A stretch of DNA of 64,000 nucleotides from contig CAJXKD010000003.1 of assembly GCA_913055735.1 (NCBI GenBank), positions 6,561 through 70,560 of the forward strand, given 5' to 3'. The position numbers and the translations under genes were made by a program. Source of the stretch: an uncultured Rhodospirillales bacterium. Its GTDB lineage: Bacteria; Pseudomonadota; Alphaproteobacteria; Rhodospirillales; UBA2165. The notes beneath the pieces were generated by a model. The model was not told the origin of the DNA, ran no database searches, and worked only from the letters and a program-made list of their open reading frames with translations. Below, piece after piece: positions 41,260 through 50,892 of the stretch. How positions within the stretch are numbered: the first letter of the stretch is position 1; every line of letters begins with the position of its first letter.

Positions 41260-42123
41260 ATGTTGAAGAAGACGCGAATGTTGGCGGCGGTTGCCGCGGT
41301 CGCAGGTTTCGCTCTGGCGGGTTCTTATGCCGTGGCCGAGCCTGCTGATGACGATCTGGTGATCGATGGCACTATGAAGATGACGGTTCGTGCCAAGCCG
41401 CCCGAGGGACATCCGTTGGATGAGGTGCGGTCGGGATGGCTGTACAGGACCGAAGAGACGCGGGCCCTCGAAGAGGACACGTTCCAGAATCCCGGTATGC
41501 TCTATGTGGAGCGGGGCGAAGAGATTTGGAATACGGCCGACGGCAAGGCCGGCAAGTCCTGTGCCTCCTGCCACGGGGAGGCCGCGGCGAGCATGAAGGG
41601 TGTCGGGGCGTCCTTTCCGAAGTGGGATGCGGATGCGAAACGGCCGATCAACATTGAACTCAGGATCAACAAGTGCCGCCAAGAAAACATGCAGGCGGAG
41701 CCTTACAAATTCGACCATGCCGACCAAAAAGCGCTGACCACCTACATCAAGCATCAGTCGCTGGGAATGCCGGTATCGGTAGACCTATCGCAGGGCGACA
41801 TGCAGAGCTGGTGGGAAAAGGGCAAGGAAACCTATTACACCCGCACGGGACAGCTAAACCTGTCCTGCGCCTCTTGCCACGAGCTTAACAACGGCAAATA
41901 TATTCGCGCCGATCATCTTAGTCAGGGCAACGTCAACGGCTTCCCCACCTACAGGTTGAAGCAGGCCAATATGGTGTCGTTGCACAATCGGTTCCGCGGC
42001 TGCATTCGCGACACGCGGGCCGAATATCCGAAAGCCTTTACCGATGTCCTGATGGCGCTGGAAGTCTACGTGACGTGGCGCGGAACCGGCCTGTCGGTCG
42101 AAACGCCGGCTGTACGGCAATAG
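41260..42123 (+). CDS. soxA: dihaem cytochrome c SoxA
   Basis: ATG 41260 with a GGAGG RBS. Two CASCH haem motifs and the conserved RFRGCIRD cysteine. Signal peptide present. Confidence 0.93.
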   Translation: MLKKTRMLAAVAAVAGFALAGSYAVAEPADDDLVIDGTMKMTVRAKPPEGHPLDEVRSGWLYRTEETRALEEDTFQNPGMLYVERGEEIWNTADGKAGKSCASCHGEAAASMKGVGASFPKWDADAKRPINIELRINKCRQENMQAEPYKFDHADQKALTTYIKHQSLGMPVSVDLSQGDMQSWWEKGKETYYTRTGQLNLSCASCHELNNGKYIRADHLSQGNVNGFPTYRLKQANMVSLHNRFRGCIRDTRAEYPKAFTDVLMALEVYVTWRGTGLSVETPAVRQ

Positions 42124-42264
42124 CAAAGGGCTGCCGGCGGAGGATGCGCCCGCGGGCAGCCTGGATTTTTACCGGTCGGTGATGCCGGGGTCAGACGGCC
42201 TCATCGACCGGAACTTTTAACGCCGGAACTTTCAACGCCGGAACTTTCAAAGACTGGGAGTGCG

Positions 42265-43956
42265 ATGTTCTCGAGGCGCGAATTTCTCACGGCATCGGTT
42301 GCCCTGGGGGCAATTGCCGGGGTTGGCATGGAAGGTCTCTGGAGCCGTGCCGCGGCGCAGCAAGCGCTTTCCGAGAACGATCTGCTCGACGCGCCCGATT
42401 TCGGCAACGTCACGCTTCTTCATCTCACCGATATCCACGCACAACTGAAGCCGCTCTATTTCCGCGAACCGTCGATTAACATCGGCGTCGGCGAGGTGGA
42501 GGGTTTGCCGCCGCATGTGACCGGCGCCGACTTTCTCAAGATGTTCAATCTCAAGCCGGGCAGTCCCGAGGCCTATGCGTTGACGTCGGTCGATTTCACG
42601 GCGCTCGCCAAGGCATATGGCAAGATGGGCGGCCTCGACCGTATCGCCACCATCGCCAAACGTGTCCGCGCCGAGCGAGGCGATAAGGTGCTGTTCCTGG
42701 ATGGCGGCGATACCTGGCAGGGAAGTTATACGGCCAATGCCAGCAAGGGCGCCGACATGGTCGAGGCCATGAACGCCCTGGGGCTGGATGCGATGACCGG
42801 CCATTGGGAATTCACCTATGGCACCGACCGGGTGGAGGAGATCGTCGACACGCTCGATTTCCCGTTGCTGGCCGGCAATATCTTCGATGCGGAATGGAAC
42901 GAGCCGGCCTTCGAGGCCTATCAGATCTTCGAACGAGGCGGCGTCAAGGTGGCGGTGATCGGTCAGGCATTTCCCTATACGCCCATCGCCAACCCGCGTT
43001 GGATGATTCCCAACTGGAGCTTCGGTATTCGCGAGGACGAGGTGCGCAAGAACGTGGCCGCCGCGCGCGACGATGGCGCTGAACTCGTGGTGCTGTTGTC
43101 GCACAACGGTTTCGATGTCGACCGCAAGCTGGCGAGCCGTGTCGACGGTATCGACGTTCTCTTGAGCGGTCATACGCATGACGCGCTGCCCGAGCCGATC
43201 CGCGTCGGCAACACCATGATCATTGCGTCGGGGTCCAACGGAAAATTCATCTCGCGTTTGGACCTGGATGTCGCGGACGGTAGCGTCAAAGGCTTCCGCT
43301 ACCGGCTTATCCCCGTGTTTTCCGATGTGATCACGCCGGATCCTGAGATCAGCGCCTTGATCGACCGGTTGCGCGGTCCGCACGAGGCGGAGCTTCAACG
43401 CGAGTTGGGGCGCACCGAAACGCTTCTTTACCGGCGCGGTAACTTCAACGGCACCTTCGATGATTTGATTTGTCAGGCGTTGATCGCCGAGCGGGATGCG
43501 GAGATTTCCCTGTCGCCGGGATTCCGTTGGGGCACTTCCCTGATCTCTGGCCAATCGATCACCGTCGACGATCTGCACAATGCCTGCGCGATGACCTATC
43601 CCGAGGCCTATCGTTCCACCATGAGCGGGCAGCTGATCAAGGATATCCTCGAGGATGTCGCCGACAACCTATTCAATCCTGATCCCTACTATCAGCAGGG
43701 CGGTGACATGGTTCGGGTCGGCGGTATGGGCTACACGATCAACCCCAAAAAGCCCATCGGGTCGCGTATCTCGGATATGACGGTGCTGCGCACGGGCGAG
43801 TCTATCGATCCGAAGCGGAACTATGTGGTCGCCGGCTGGGCGTCGGTCAACGAAGGGACAGAGGGACCGCCCATCTGGGACGTGGTCGAGGCCCACCTCA
43901 AGAACAATCCAACGGTGAATATTGAAGAGAACCGGTCGGTCAAACTCGTCATGTGA
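42265..43956 (+). CDS. soxB: thiosulfohydrolase SoxB
   Basis: Tat signal MFSRREFLTASVALGA. Dinuclear-metal motifs LLHLTDIHAQ, GGDTWQGS, GHWEF. 563 aa, 5'-nucleotidase-like architecture. Confidence 0.95.
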   Translation: MFSRREFLTASVALGAIAGVGMEGLWSRAAAQQALSENDLLDAPDFGNVTLLHLTDIHAQLKPLYFREPSINIGVGEVEGLPPHVTGADFLKMFNLKPGSPEAYALTSVDFTALAKAYGKMGGLDRIATIAKRVRAERGDKVLFLDGGDTWQGSYTANASKGADMVEAMNALGLDAMTGHWEFTYGTDRVEEIVDTLDFPLLAGNIFDAEWNEPAFEAYQIFERGGVKVAVIGQAFPYTPIANPRWMIPNWSFGIREDEVRKNVAAARDDGAELVVLLSHNGFDVDRKLASRVDGIDVLLSGHTHDALPEPIRVGNTMIIASGSNGKFISRLDLDVADGSVKGFRYRLIPVFSDVITPDPEISALIDRLRGPHEAELQRELGRTETLLYRRGNFNGTFDDLICQALIAERDAEISLSPGFRWGTSLISGQSITVDDLHNACAMTYPEAYRSTMSGQLIKDILEDVADNLFNPDPYYQQGGDMVRVGGMGYTINPKKPIGSRISDMTVLRTGESIDPKRNYVVAGWASVNEGTEGPPIWDVVEAHLKNNPTVNIEENRSVKLVM

Positions 43957-44002
43957 TCGAACCGCAAGGCGCAAAGGACTTTTTGAAAGACGGAGCACAT
44001 GA

Positions 44003-45325
44003 ATGCCACCAAAGCCTGACAGGACCCGGACACAGGACGCCGTAAAAAGCGACACCGAGATGTCGGCCGGACCATCCCGCCGGCAATTGCTGAGCGCGGG
44101 ATTGGCCACCGGCGTCGGGGTCGCGGCCGCCGGCATGGCGCCTAAAGCGGTTGCGGCGACAGCCGATCCCGCCATCACCACCATTCAGGATTGGAACAAG
44201 TATCTGGGCGATGGCGTCGATGCCCGGCCCTATGGCGTGCCGTCGCCTTACGAAAAGGAAGCGGTACGGCGAAATGTCGCCTGGCTGACCGCCGACCCGA
44301 AATCGTCGGTGAACTTCACGCCTTTGCATGAGCTTGACGGGATCATCACACCGAACGGCCTCTGTTTCGAGCGTCATCACGGTGGTATTGCCGAATACGA
44401 TCCGGCCGAGCACCGCTTGATGATCAATGGTCTGGTGGAAACGCCCCTCGTTTTCACCATGGAAGATATCAAGCGGTTCCCCCGCGAAAACAAAGTTTAT
44501 TTTTTGGAATGCGCGGCGAATTCCGGCATGGAATGGCGCGGCGCTCAGTTGAACGGCTGTCAGTTCACCCACGGCATGGTGCACTGCGTCATGTATACGG
44601 GGGTGTCGCTGCGCCGGTTGTTGGAAGAGGCGGGTGTCCGGACCAACGGCAAATGGGTGCTGGCCGAGGGCGCAGATGCATCGGCCATGACCCGCTCGAT
44701 CCCGCTGGAAAAGGCCTTGGACGACTGTCTGGTTGCCTATCGCATGAACGGCGAGGCTTTACGCCCGGAACAGGGATATCCGTTGCGCCTCGTAGTGCCG
44801 GGCTGGGAAGGCAACATGTGGGTCAAATGGCTGCGGCGTCTCGAGGTCGGCGATCAACCGTGGCACCAACGCGAAGAGACATCAAAGTACACGGACCTGC
44901 TGGAGAACGGTAAGGCCCGCCGCTTTACATGGGTGATGGACGTGAAGTCCGTCATTACCAGCCCCAGTCCTCAAGCCCCCATCACCCATGGGCGCGGTCC
45001 TTTGGTGATTTCGGGCATTGCCTGGTCGGGCAACGGCACCATCAAACGAGTCGACGTGAGCGTCGACGGCGGCAAGAACTGGCGGACGGCGCGCATTGAC
45101 GGGCCGTCGCTTCCCAAGGCGCTGCACCGCTTCTATCTCGATTTGGATTGGGACGGCTCGGAATTATTGATCCAGTCGCGGGCCATCGATGAGCGGGGTT
45201 TCATCCAACCGACCAAGGACGAGCTTCGCGCGGCGCGCGGCGAAAACTCGATCTATCACAATAATGGTATCCAAACTTGGTACGTCAAAGCCGACGGGAC
45301 GGTCGAGAATGTTGAAGTTTCCTAA
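44003..45325 (+). CDS. soxC: sulfane dehydrogenase molybdopterin subunit SoxC
   Basis: Tat motif SRRQLLSAGLATGVGVAAAG. Sulfite-oxidase-family body (FERHHGG, ECAANSG, YRMNGE.L.PE.GYPLRLVVPGWEGN.WVKWL). Confidence 0.93.
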   Translation: MPPKPDRTRTQDAVKSDTEMSAGPSRRQLLSAGLATGVGVAAAGMAPKAVAATADPAITTIQDWNKYLGDGVDARPYGVPSPYEKEAVRRNVAWLTADPKSSVNFTPLHELDGIITPNGLCFERHHGGIAEYDPAEHRLMINGLVETPLVFTMEDIKRFPRENKVYFLECAANSGMEWRGAQLNGCQFTHGMVHCVMYTGVSLRRLLEEAGVRTNGKWVLAEGADASAMTRSIPLEKALDDCLVAYRMNGEALRPEQGYPLRLVVPGWEGNMWVKWLRRLEVGDQPWHQREETSKYTDLLENGKARRFTWVMDVKSVITSPSPQAPITHGRGPLVISGIAWSGNGTIKRVDVSVDGGKNWRTARIDGPSLPKALHRFYLDLDWDGSELLIQSRAIDERGFIQPTKDELRAARGENSIYHNNGIQTWYVKADGTVENVEVS

Positions 45326-46403
45326 GTTCCTGGGCGCATTGGCGCTCGCCGGGATCGCCATTTCGACCTCCGCCCAAGCCAGTGGCGACGTCGCAAAGGG
45401 CGAGAAATTGTTTAATCGGTGCAAGGCTTGCCATGCCGTCGGTGCGGGGGCCAAGAACAAGATCGGTCCGCATTTGAATGAGGTGTTCGGCCGTACGGCT
45501 GGAACCATCGACGGATTCAAATATTCGAGCGCAATGAAAAAGGCGGGCGAGGGGAATCTCGTTTGGTCCGAGGAGACCATCGATGAGTTTCTCGCCAAAC
45601 CCCGCACTTTCGTCAAGGGCACGAAGATGAGCTTTGCCGGCTTCAGAAAAGAAGCCGACCGTGAGAACGTCATCGCCTATCTGAAGACGTTTAGCGAAAC
45701 GGGCGCCGACGCGAAGGAAGAAGCCATGCCGGCTACCGAAGAGAAGATGGCGGCGGCTGCTCCTGCAGCCGCGCCGCGGCCTCTCGCGAAGGATGCGGAA
45801 TTGCCGTCGCATGGCGTTTTCCATCTCGGACGCCGCGCGACGGATGAGGAAATCGCGGCTTGGGATATCGATATCCGCCCCGATGGCGCGGGTTTGCCCG
45901 ACGGCAAGGGGACGGCGGCGGCAGGTGAACCCATCTTCACCGAACAATGCGCCTCCTGCCACGGCGATTTCGGTGAGGGCCGGGACCGCTGGCCGGTGCT
46001 TGCGGGCGGTTTCGATACGCTCCAAGAGGAGCGGCCCGAGAAAACCGTTGGCTCGTATTGGCCTTATCTTTCGACGGTTTACGACTATGTCCGCCGCGCC
46101 ATGCCGTTCGGCGACGCGCGTTCGCTGAGCGACGACGAGGTCTATGCTATTACCGCGTATATCCTCTATCTCAATGACATCGTCACCGATCTGGATTTCG
46201 AGCTGTCGAAAGACAATTTCTCGACCATCAAGTTGCCCAATGAGGCCAATTTCGTCGACGATGATCGGCCGGCTGAAACGCATTACACCAACAAAACCGA
46301 ACCCTGCATGCAGAACTGCAAAGCCGATGTCCGGATTACCGGACGCGCCCGGGTTCTTGATGTGACACCGGATGATGACAATCAGGGCGGCCAGATCGAA
46401 TAA
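45309..46403 (+). CDS. soxD: dihaem cytochrome c SoxD
   Basis: ATG 45309 gives the signal peptide MLKFPKFLGALALAGIAISTSAQA. It overlaps the soxC end by 17 nt. Haem motifs CKACH and CASCH. The tracked ORF start at 45189 lies inside soxC. Confidence 0.9.
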   Translation: MLKFPKFLGALALAGIAISTSAQASGDVAKGEKLFNRCKACHAVGAGAKNKIGPHLNEVFGRTAGTIDGFKYSSAMKKAGEGNLVWSEETIDEFLAKPRTFVKGTKMSFAGFRKEADRENVIAYLKTFSETGADAKEEAMPATEEKMAAAAPAAAPRPLAKDAELPSHGVFHLGRRATDEEIAAWDIDIRPDGAGLPDGKGTAAAGEPIFTEQCASCHGDFGEGRDRWPVLAGGFDTLQEERPEKTVGSYWPYLSTVYDYVRRAMPFGDARSLSDDEVYAITAYILYLNDIVTDLDFELSKDNFSTIKLPNEANFVDDDRPAETHYTNKTEPCMQNCKADVRITGRARVLDVTPDDDNQGGQIE

Positions 46404-46416
46404 CGGCCAAGGGCCG

Positions 46417-46734
46417 ATGCGGGCGCACATCTTCGGGATGTGTGCCGCCGCCGGTTTTTTTGTTTCCGGCGGCGCATCGGCCGAAGGCGATATCGCGCTC
46501 GGCCAGTATCTGTCCAGCGAGTGCGTGACCTGCCACCAGCTGTCCGGCAAGTCGGTCGGCGCCATTCCTCCGATCGTCGGCTGGCCTAGCGATCAGTTCA
46601 TCGCCGTTGTCGACTCTTACAGAAAGAAAGAACGCGACAACGAAGTGATGCAGACCATCTCGGCGCGGTTGAGCGACGAAGAGATCAGTGCCTTGGCGGC
46701 CTACTTCGGCAGCCTAAAGGCGCCGGACGAGTGA
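46417..46734 (+). CDS. monohaem cytochrome c (SoxE-like / flavocytochrome c small subunit)
   Basis: ATG 46417 gives a signal peptide. Single CVTCH motif. It lies directly upstream of the flavoprotein gene. Confidence 0.8.
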   Translation: MRAHIFGMCAAAGFFVSGGASAEGDIALGQYLSSECVTCHQLSGKSVGAIPPIVGWPSDQFIAVVDSYRKKERDNEVMQTISARLSDEEISALAAYFGSLKAPDE

Positions 46735-46782
46735 CGAAAAATACGTGCCTATCGGTTTCACAGCTTTGGAGGGGAGGCACCC

Positions 46783-48063
46783 ATGCTGAAGAAGATAAGT
46801 CGACGTAACTTCATGGTCGGAACATCGGCCGCCATCGGCGCATTGTCGCTTGGCGCACCGGCGGTTCTCGGCCAGGCCAGGCAAAAGGTCGTGGTGATCG
46901 GCGGCGGCCCGGCCGGCGCGACCGCGGCCAAGTATATCGCCCGCGATTCGCAAGGGGCGTTGGACGTCACCCTGGTCGAACCATCCACCCAATTCACGAC
47001 CTGTTTCCATTCCAACCTCTATTTGGGCGGGTTCAAGAGCTTCGACGACATCACCCATTCCTATGCCAAGCTGCCGGACTACGGCGTCCGGGTCGTGCAC
47101 CAACTGGCGTTGATCATCAATCGTGACCGCAAGAACGTCCGTCTGGCCGATGGCGCAGAGCTTCCGTACGACCGCTTGATCGTCGCGCCCGGCATTGATC
47201 TCAAGTACGACAGTGTTCCGGGGTGGGGGCGCGAGCACGAGCAAAAGATGCCCCATGCCTGGAAGGCGGGGCCGCAAACGCAGATCCTCAAGACACAACT
47301 CGACGCGGTTCCCAATGGCGGCGTTATCGTCATGGTCGCACCGCCCAACCCTTACCGCTGCCCGCCCGGGCCGTACGAGCGCGTGTCCATGATGGCCCAC
47401 GCCCTTAAGACCAGCGGCCGCGGCAACGCCAAGATCGTGATCATCGATCCGAAACCGAAGTTCTCCAAACAGGGGCTTTTCCAAGAGGGATGGGAAAACC
47501 ATTATCCCGGCATGGTCGAATGGTTGGATCCCGCGATCCATGACGGCCTCCAATCGGTCGATCCGGCAACCAATACGGTGGTGACCGGGTTCGAAACCTA
47601 CCGCAACTGCGCGCTGGTCAACGTCATCCCGGCACAAATGGCGGGCAAGATCGCCCGCGATGCGGGGCTGGCCAACGACTCGGGCTTCTGCCCGGTGAAG
47701 GCCGACAGCATGCAATCCGAAATCGATCCCAACATCTATGTGCTGGGGGATTCGTCGATTGCCTTTGCCATGCCGAAGTCGGGTTTCGCCGCCAACAGCC
47801 AAGCCAAGGTTGCGGCGATGGCCGTACGCGGCGAATTGACGGGCTCGCGCACCTTCCCGGCGCGCTTTGCCAATACTTGCTGGAGCTTGATCGATACCGA
47901 CGACACGGTGAAGGTCGGTGCGCACTATGCAGTGAAGGACGGCAAGATTGCGCCGGTGGATACCTTCATTTCGAAGACGGGCGAAGATGCCGATCTCCGC
48001 AAGCAGAACCAGGAAGAGAATCTCGGCTGGTACGCCGGTATTACCACGGATATTTTCGGATAG
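46783..48063 (+). CDS. soxF: flavocytochrome c sulfide dehydrogenase flavoprotein subunit (SoxF/FccB)
   Basis: Tat signal SRRNFMVGTSAAIGALSLGA. FAD-binding motif KVVVIGGGPAGATAAKY. Conserved redox cysteines (YRCPPGPYER). Confidence 0.9.
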   Translation: MLKKISRRNFMVGTSAAIGALSLGAPAVLGQARQKVVVIGGGPAGATAAKYIARDSQGALDVTLVEPSTQFTTCFHSNLYLGGFKSFDDITHSYAKLPDYGVRVVHQLALIINRDRKNVRLADGAELPYDRLIVAPGIDLKYDSVPGWGREHEQKMPHAWKAGPQTQILKTQLDAVPNGGVIVMVAPPNPYRCPPGPYERVSMMAHALKTSGRGNAKIVIIDPKPKFSKQGLFQEGWENHYPGMVEWLDPAIHDGLQSVDPATNTVVTGFETYRNCALVNVIPAQMAGKIARDAGLANDSGFCPVKADSMQSEIDPNIYVLGDSSIAFAMPKSGFAANSQAKVAAMAVRGELTGSRTFPARFANTCWSLIDTDDTVKVGAHYAVKDGKIAPVDTFISKTGEDADLRKQNQEENLGWYAGITTDIFG

Positions 48064-48082
48064 GTACGTTTCTTCCGAGCAA

Positions 48083-48119
48083 AACGCCGTCGCTTGTCTA
48101 AGCGGCGGCGTTCTTTTTT
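48083..48119 (+). terminator. Rho-independent terminator after soxF
   Basis: aacgccgtcgctt-gtct-aagcggcggcgtt: 13-bp stem with 1 mismatch, followed by cTTTTTT. Confidence 0.85.
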
Positions 48120-48141
48120 CGGGGACCGTCGGCGATCGTTT

Positions 48142-49539
48142 CTAACCGTAAGTACCGCGAGCGGCGGTTGAACTGGCGCGGCGTTCGGTCGGCCAAGCCT
48201 GGGCCCAGGCCATGCCCATGATCAGAGCATAGACGACCGTAAACCCCGGTATTTGGAGGCTGAAGTCGACCAACGCGTGGGCGGCGACCAGAACCGTGGC
48301 GGCAATGCCGAGCGCCGGATAGATCTTGCGCCGCCGACGCCGGAAGAAGCCCCGCACGCAAACGGCGAACATCCAGACGAAAGCCGCGCAGACGGCAACC
48401 GTTGCGGGGATGCCGATCTCCATGGCGAGTTCCAGATACGAATTATGGGCGCGCTGCCAGTTATTAGAGGAAATTTCGGGGACCTTGAACGCCATGAAGG
48501 CGCGGTTGAAGGTTCCGTAACCGGTGCCAACCAACGGCCTCGTTTTGACGGCCTCGATCGTCCGGCCATAAATTTTCAGGCGGACACTGCTGTCTTTCGA
48601 CGCATGTTGCATGCGTGCGGTGACAATGTCCCCGCTGAGCGTGAAGGTGAATGCGGCCGCCGCAATGCTGAGTGCGACAAACGTGAGACCGATGCGTCGC
48701 GGGACCAAATTGGCATAGAAAAGGATTCCGATGAAGATGAACAGCGCGACGGCGCTGCTGAAAAGGCCGGCGCGCGAATTGGAAAGCAGGAGCGCGGTTG
48801 CCATGCAAATGATGATCAGGGTCGGTATCCATGCGGTGCTGAAGACCCAATTCAGAATTTCCCGGGCACGTTGTTTTCGTGTAAGGCCCATTGGAAGGTT
48901 TCTGGAAATCAGATCGAATGTCATCGCGACACTCGCCAATAATCCGAGACCGGCGAAAGTGGCGAACGTGTTGCGGTTGACGAAGGTGCTCGTGAGATCT
49001 CCGAAATAGGCCCATTTGGGAAACCATAAAATGGTCTCGCTGCCGCTAAAGAACACAATGAGCCCGTAGGCGGCGTAAAGTCCCGCCGCATATGTGAAGC
49101 TTCGCAAAGCCAGGGCAGCGTTGTCAGCATCGCGGCAAAAACGGGCAGCGAGCCAGAACACACCCCCATAGGCCAAATAGCGCATCAGGCCGGTGCGTGT
49201 CGATTGAGGATCGACACTGATAGTGGCCGATACCTCGCGACCGAGGGTCCGGGAAGTTTCCGCCCAAATCGGATGCGCCAGCAGGTCAGCCGGCAGTGGG
49301 ACCGACTGCAGCCAAATCCAGAGCGCAATAGCCAGCCAAAGAATCAGACCCGGCATCATGCGGCGCAGAAAAAGCCGCGCCTCTGTCCCGGATTCCCTCG
49401 CCGTTAGAAACTCGGCAATGAGTAGACATCCAACCAACAAGGATAGAAGCGACCAGGACCACGGTCGATTGGACGCGAAAGGCAAGGGGGCCAGAAGGAT
49501 GGCCCCGAGAAATAAGAAAAATACGATACGATACGGCAT
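48142..49539 (-). CDS. O-antigen ligase / Wzy-like polysaccharide polymerase family membrane protein
   Basis: About 12 predicted TM helices. The loop LLSNSRAGLFSSAVALFIF is typical of the O-antigen ligase (Wzy_C) domain. Confidence 0.8.
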   Translation of the reverse strand: MPYRIVFFLFLGAILLAPLPFASNRPWSWSLLSLLVGCLLIAEFLTARESGTEARLFLRRMMPGLILWLAIALWIWLQSVPLPADLLAHPIWAETSRTLGREVSATISVDPQSTRTGLMRYLAYGGVFWLAARFCRDADNAALALRSFTYAAGLYAAYGLIVFFSGSETILWFPKWAYFGDLTSTFVNRNTFATFAGLGLLASVAMTFDLISRNLPMGLTRKQRAREILNWVFSTAWIPTLIIICMATALLLSNSRAGLFSSAVALFIFIGILFYANLVPRRIGLTFVALSIAAAAFTFTLSGDIVTARMQHASKDSSVRLKIYGRTIEAVKTRPLVGTGYGTFNRAFMAFKVPEISSNNWQRAHNSYLELAMEIGIPATVAVCAAFVWMFAVCVRGFFRRRRRKIYPALGIAATVLVAAHALVDFSLQIPGFTVVYALIMGMAWAQAWPTERRASSTAARGTYG

Positions 49540-49729
49540 GTGTTAGGGCATCGGGTGCCTGTGCGGCCTATAAGAACAGCAAACGGATGCTCGCCGGTCG
49601 AATTTCGTCAAAAACGGTTGTTTGATGACATCATGGCTTGATGTTGATCCTCTCTCCCTCTTTATTGCAAGGCCTGGTTCGCATATTGCCGGCCGTCACC
49701 ATTCAACATTACCAGAATAAACTTGCCCA

Positions 49730-50521
49730 ATGATAAAGAAGGTCGTCATTTCCGTTGTCATTCTCCTTGCCATTGGCATTGGCGGTTTCCAATGGCTTCG
49801 CGGCCAAAACGAGGTCCCCAGCGGCCCCGGGAGCAATCAGGTTTTTATAGCCGGCCAGCAGTTGCTTCAGGGGCAGCTTGGCGGTGACGCGGCCAAACTG
49901 GCGTTGTTGGTTGTGGGAGCGCATCCACAGGAAAATCGTTGGGCGATTCGGGGGTTGTTACGCGCCGAATCTGACACAGAATATACGAAACCCTTTTTCG
50001 GTGAGATCGAAACAATTTGCGAAAGTTGGCACTCATTGACCTGCTGGCAGCTGAAATCTTTGACCATCGACGGGAGGAGGCAGCTTGCGGCGAATCCCCA
50101 TCTACGGACCCGTGTCGCCCGTCAAGATCAGGAACCGGATATCCGTCCCAAGTTTGCAACGGCTACAGGTTCGTCCCCGGACCCTTCGGTGAAGAGCGGC
50201 GGCGTGCGTGTCGATCAATCGCGCAGCTCAATGTCTGGCGCTGCGGGCACCGCGAGTAGCGGGAATAGGTCATCCGCGACTGGAGCAGCCTCAGCCAAAC
50301 CGGACGGCAAGTCCGTCATCTGGCGAACCGTCAATGACCGGGTAAATGCGCGGAGTGGTCCGGGAACGGAATATAAAATCTATCTCCAGATGCCGTCACG
50401 GGTCGGGCTCCGGCTACTTAGGCGCGAGGGCGATTGGGGGTATTTCGAATATACCGGGCAGAATGGCCAAATCGGGAAGGTCTGGATTTCCATGGGCCTA
50501 GTGAAGGCCGACGCGGGATAG
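49730..50521 (+). CDS. membrane-anchored protein with C-terminal bacterial SH3 domain
   Basis: N-terminal TM (VVISVVILLAIGIGGF). C-terminal SH3b-like sequence: WRTVNDRVNARSGPGTEYKIYLQMPSRVGLRLLRREGDWGYFEY...GKVWISMGLV. Confidence 0.65.
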   Translation: MIKKVVISVVILLAIGIGGFQWLRGQNEVPSGPGSNQVFIAGQQLLQGQLGGDAAKLALLVVGAHPQENRWAIRGLLRAESDTEYTKPFFGEIETICESWHSLTCWQLKSLTIDGRRQLAANPHLRTRVARQDQEPDIRPKFATATGSSPDPSVKSGGVRVDQSRSSMSGAAGTASSGNRSSATGAASAKPDGKSVIWRTVNDRVNARSGPGTEYKIYLQMPSRVGLRLLRREGDWGYFEYTGQNGQIGKVWISMGLVKADAG

Positions 50522-50892
50522 TCCTGGCCGGGATTCCTGGGAAGGGATGCCTCTGATTGGGAACAACGATCCCCCGCCCCTTGAGAAACTGCCGAGGATA
50601 AACTGCCAAGAAATAGCGGAGATTCCTGCCGAAACTGAAGAAAATCTGCAACATAGTCACGCCAATTGTATCATTTTTATCACAAATTTAGCCGGATGGG
50701 ACAATTTTCTGCCGTTCCGGTGCGTTTGGCCGTATTTTTCGCGTTGCTTGGGCGTTGGCGCGCGGTATGTTAACAGCGGTTCATATACGTATTTGAGGCG
50801 CGATTGAGGGAAAGCTTTGAAGGGTCCGAATTAGAGGCCCGCGTTTTAATGAGTTTTCAAAAGGGGACGCCGTGTTCGCGGCGCACGCAACA

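Noticed and set aside
42247-47925. Long minus-strand ORFs (42247..43578, 45285..46565, 46714..47925, 43949..44584) antisense to soxB, soxD, soxF and soxC.
   Set aside because: The sense-strand products carry unmistakable Sox motifs and signal peptides. The antisense translations are Arg/Gly-rich with no recognisable features.
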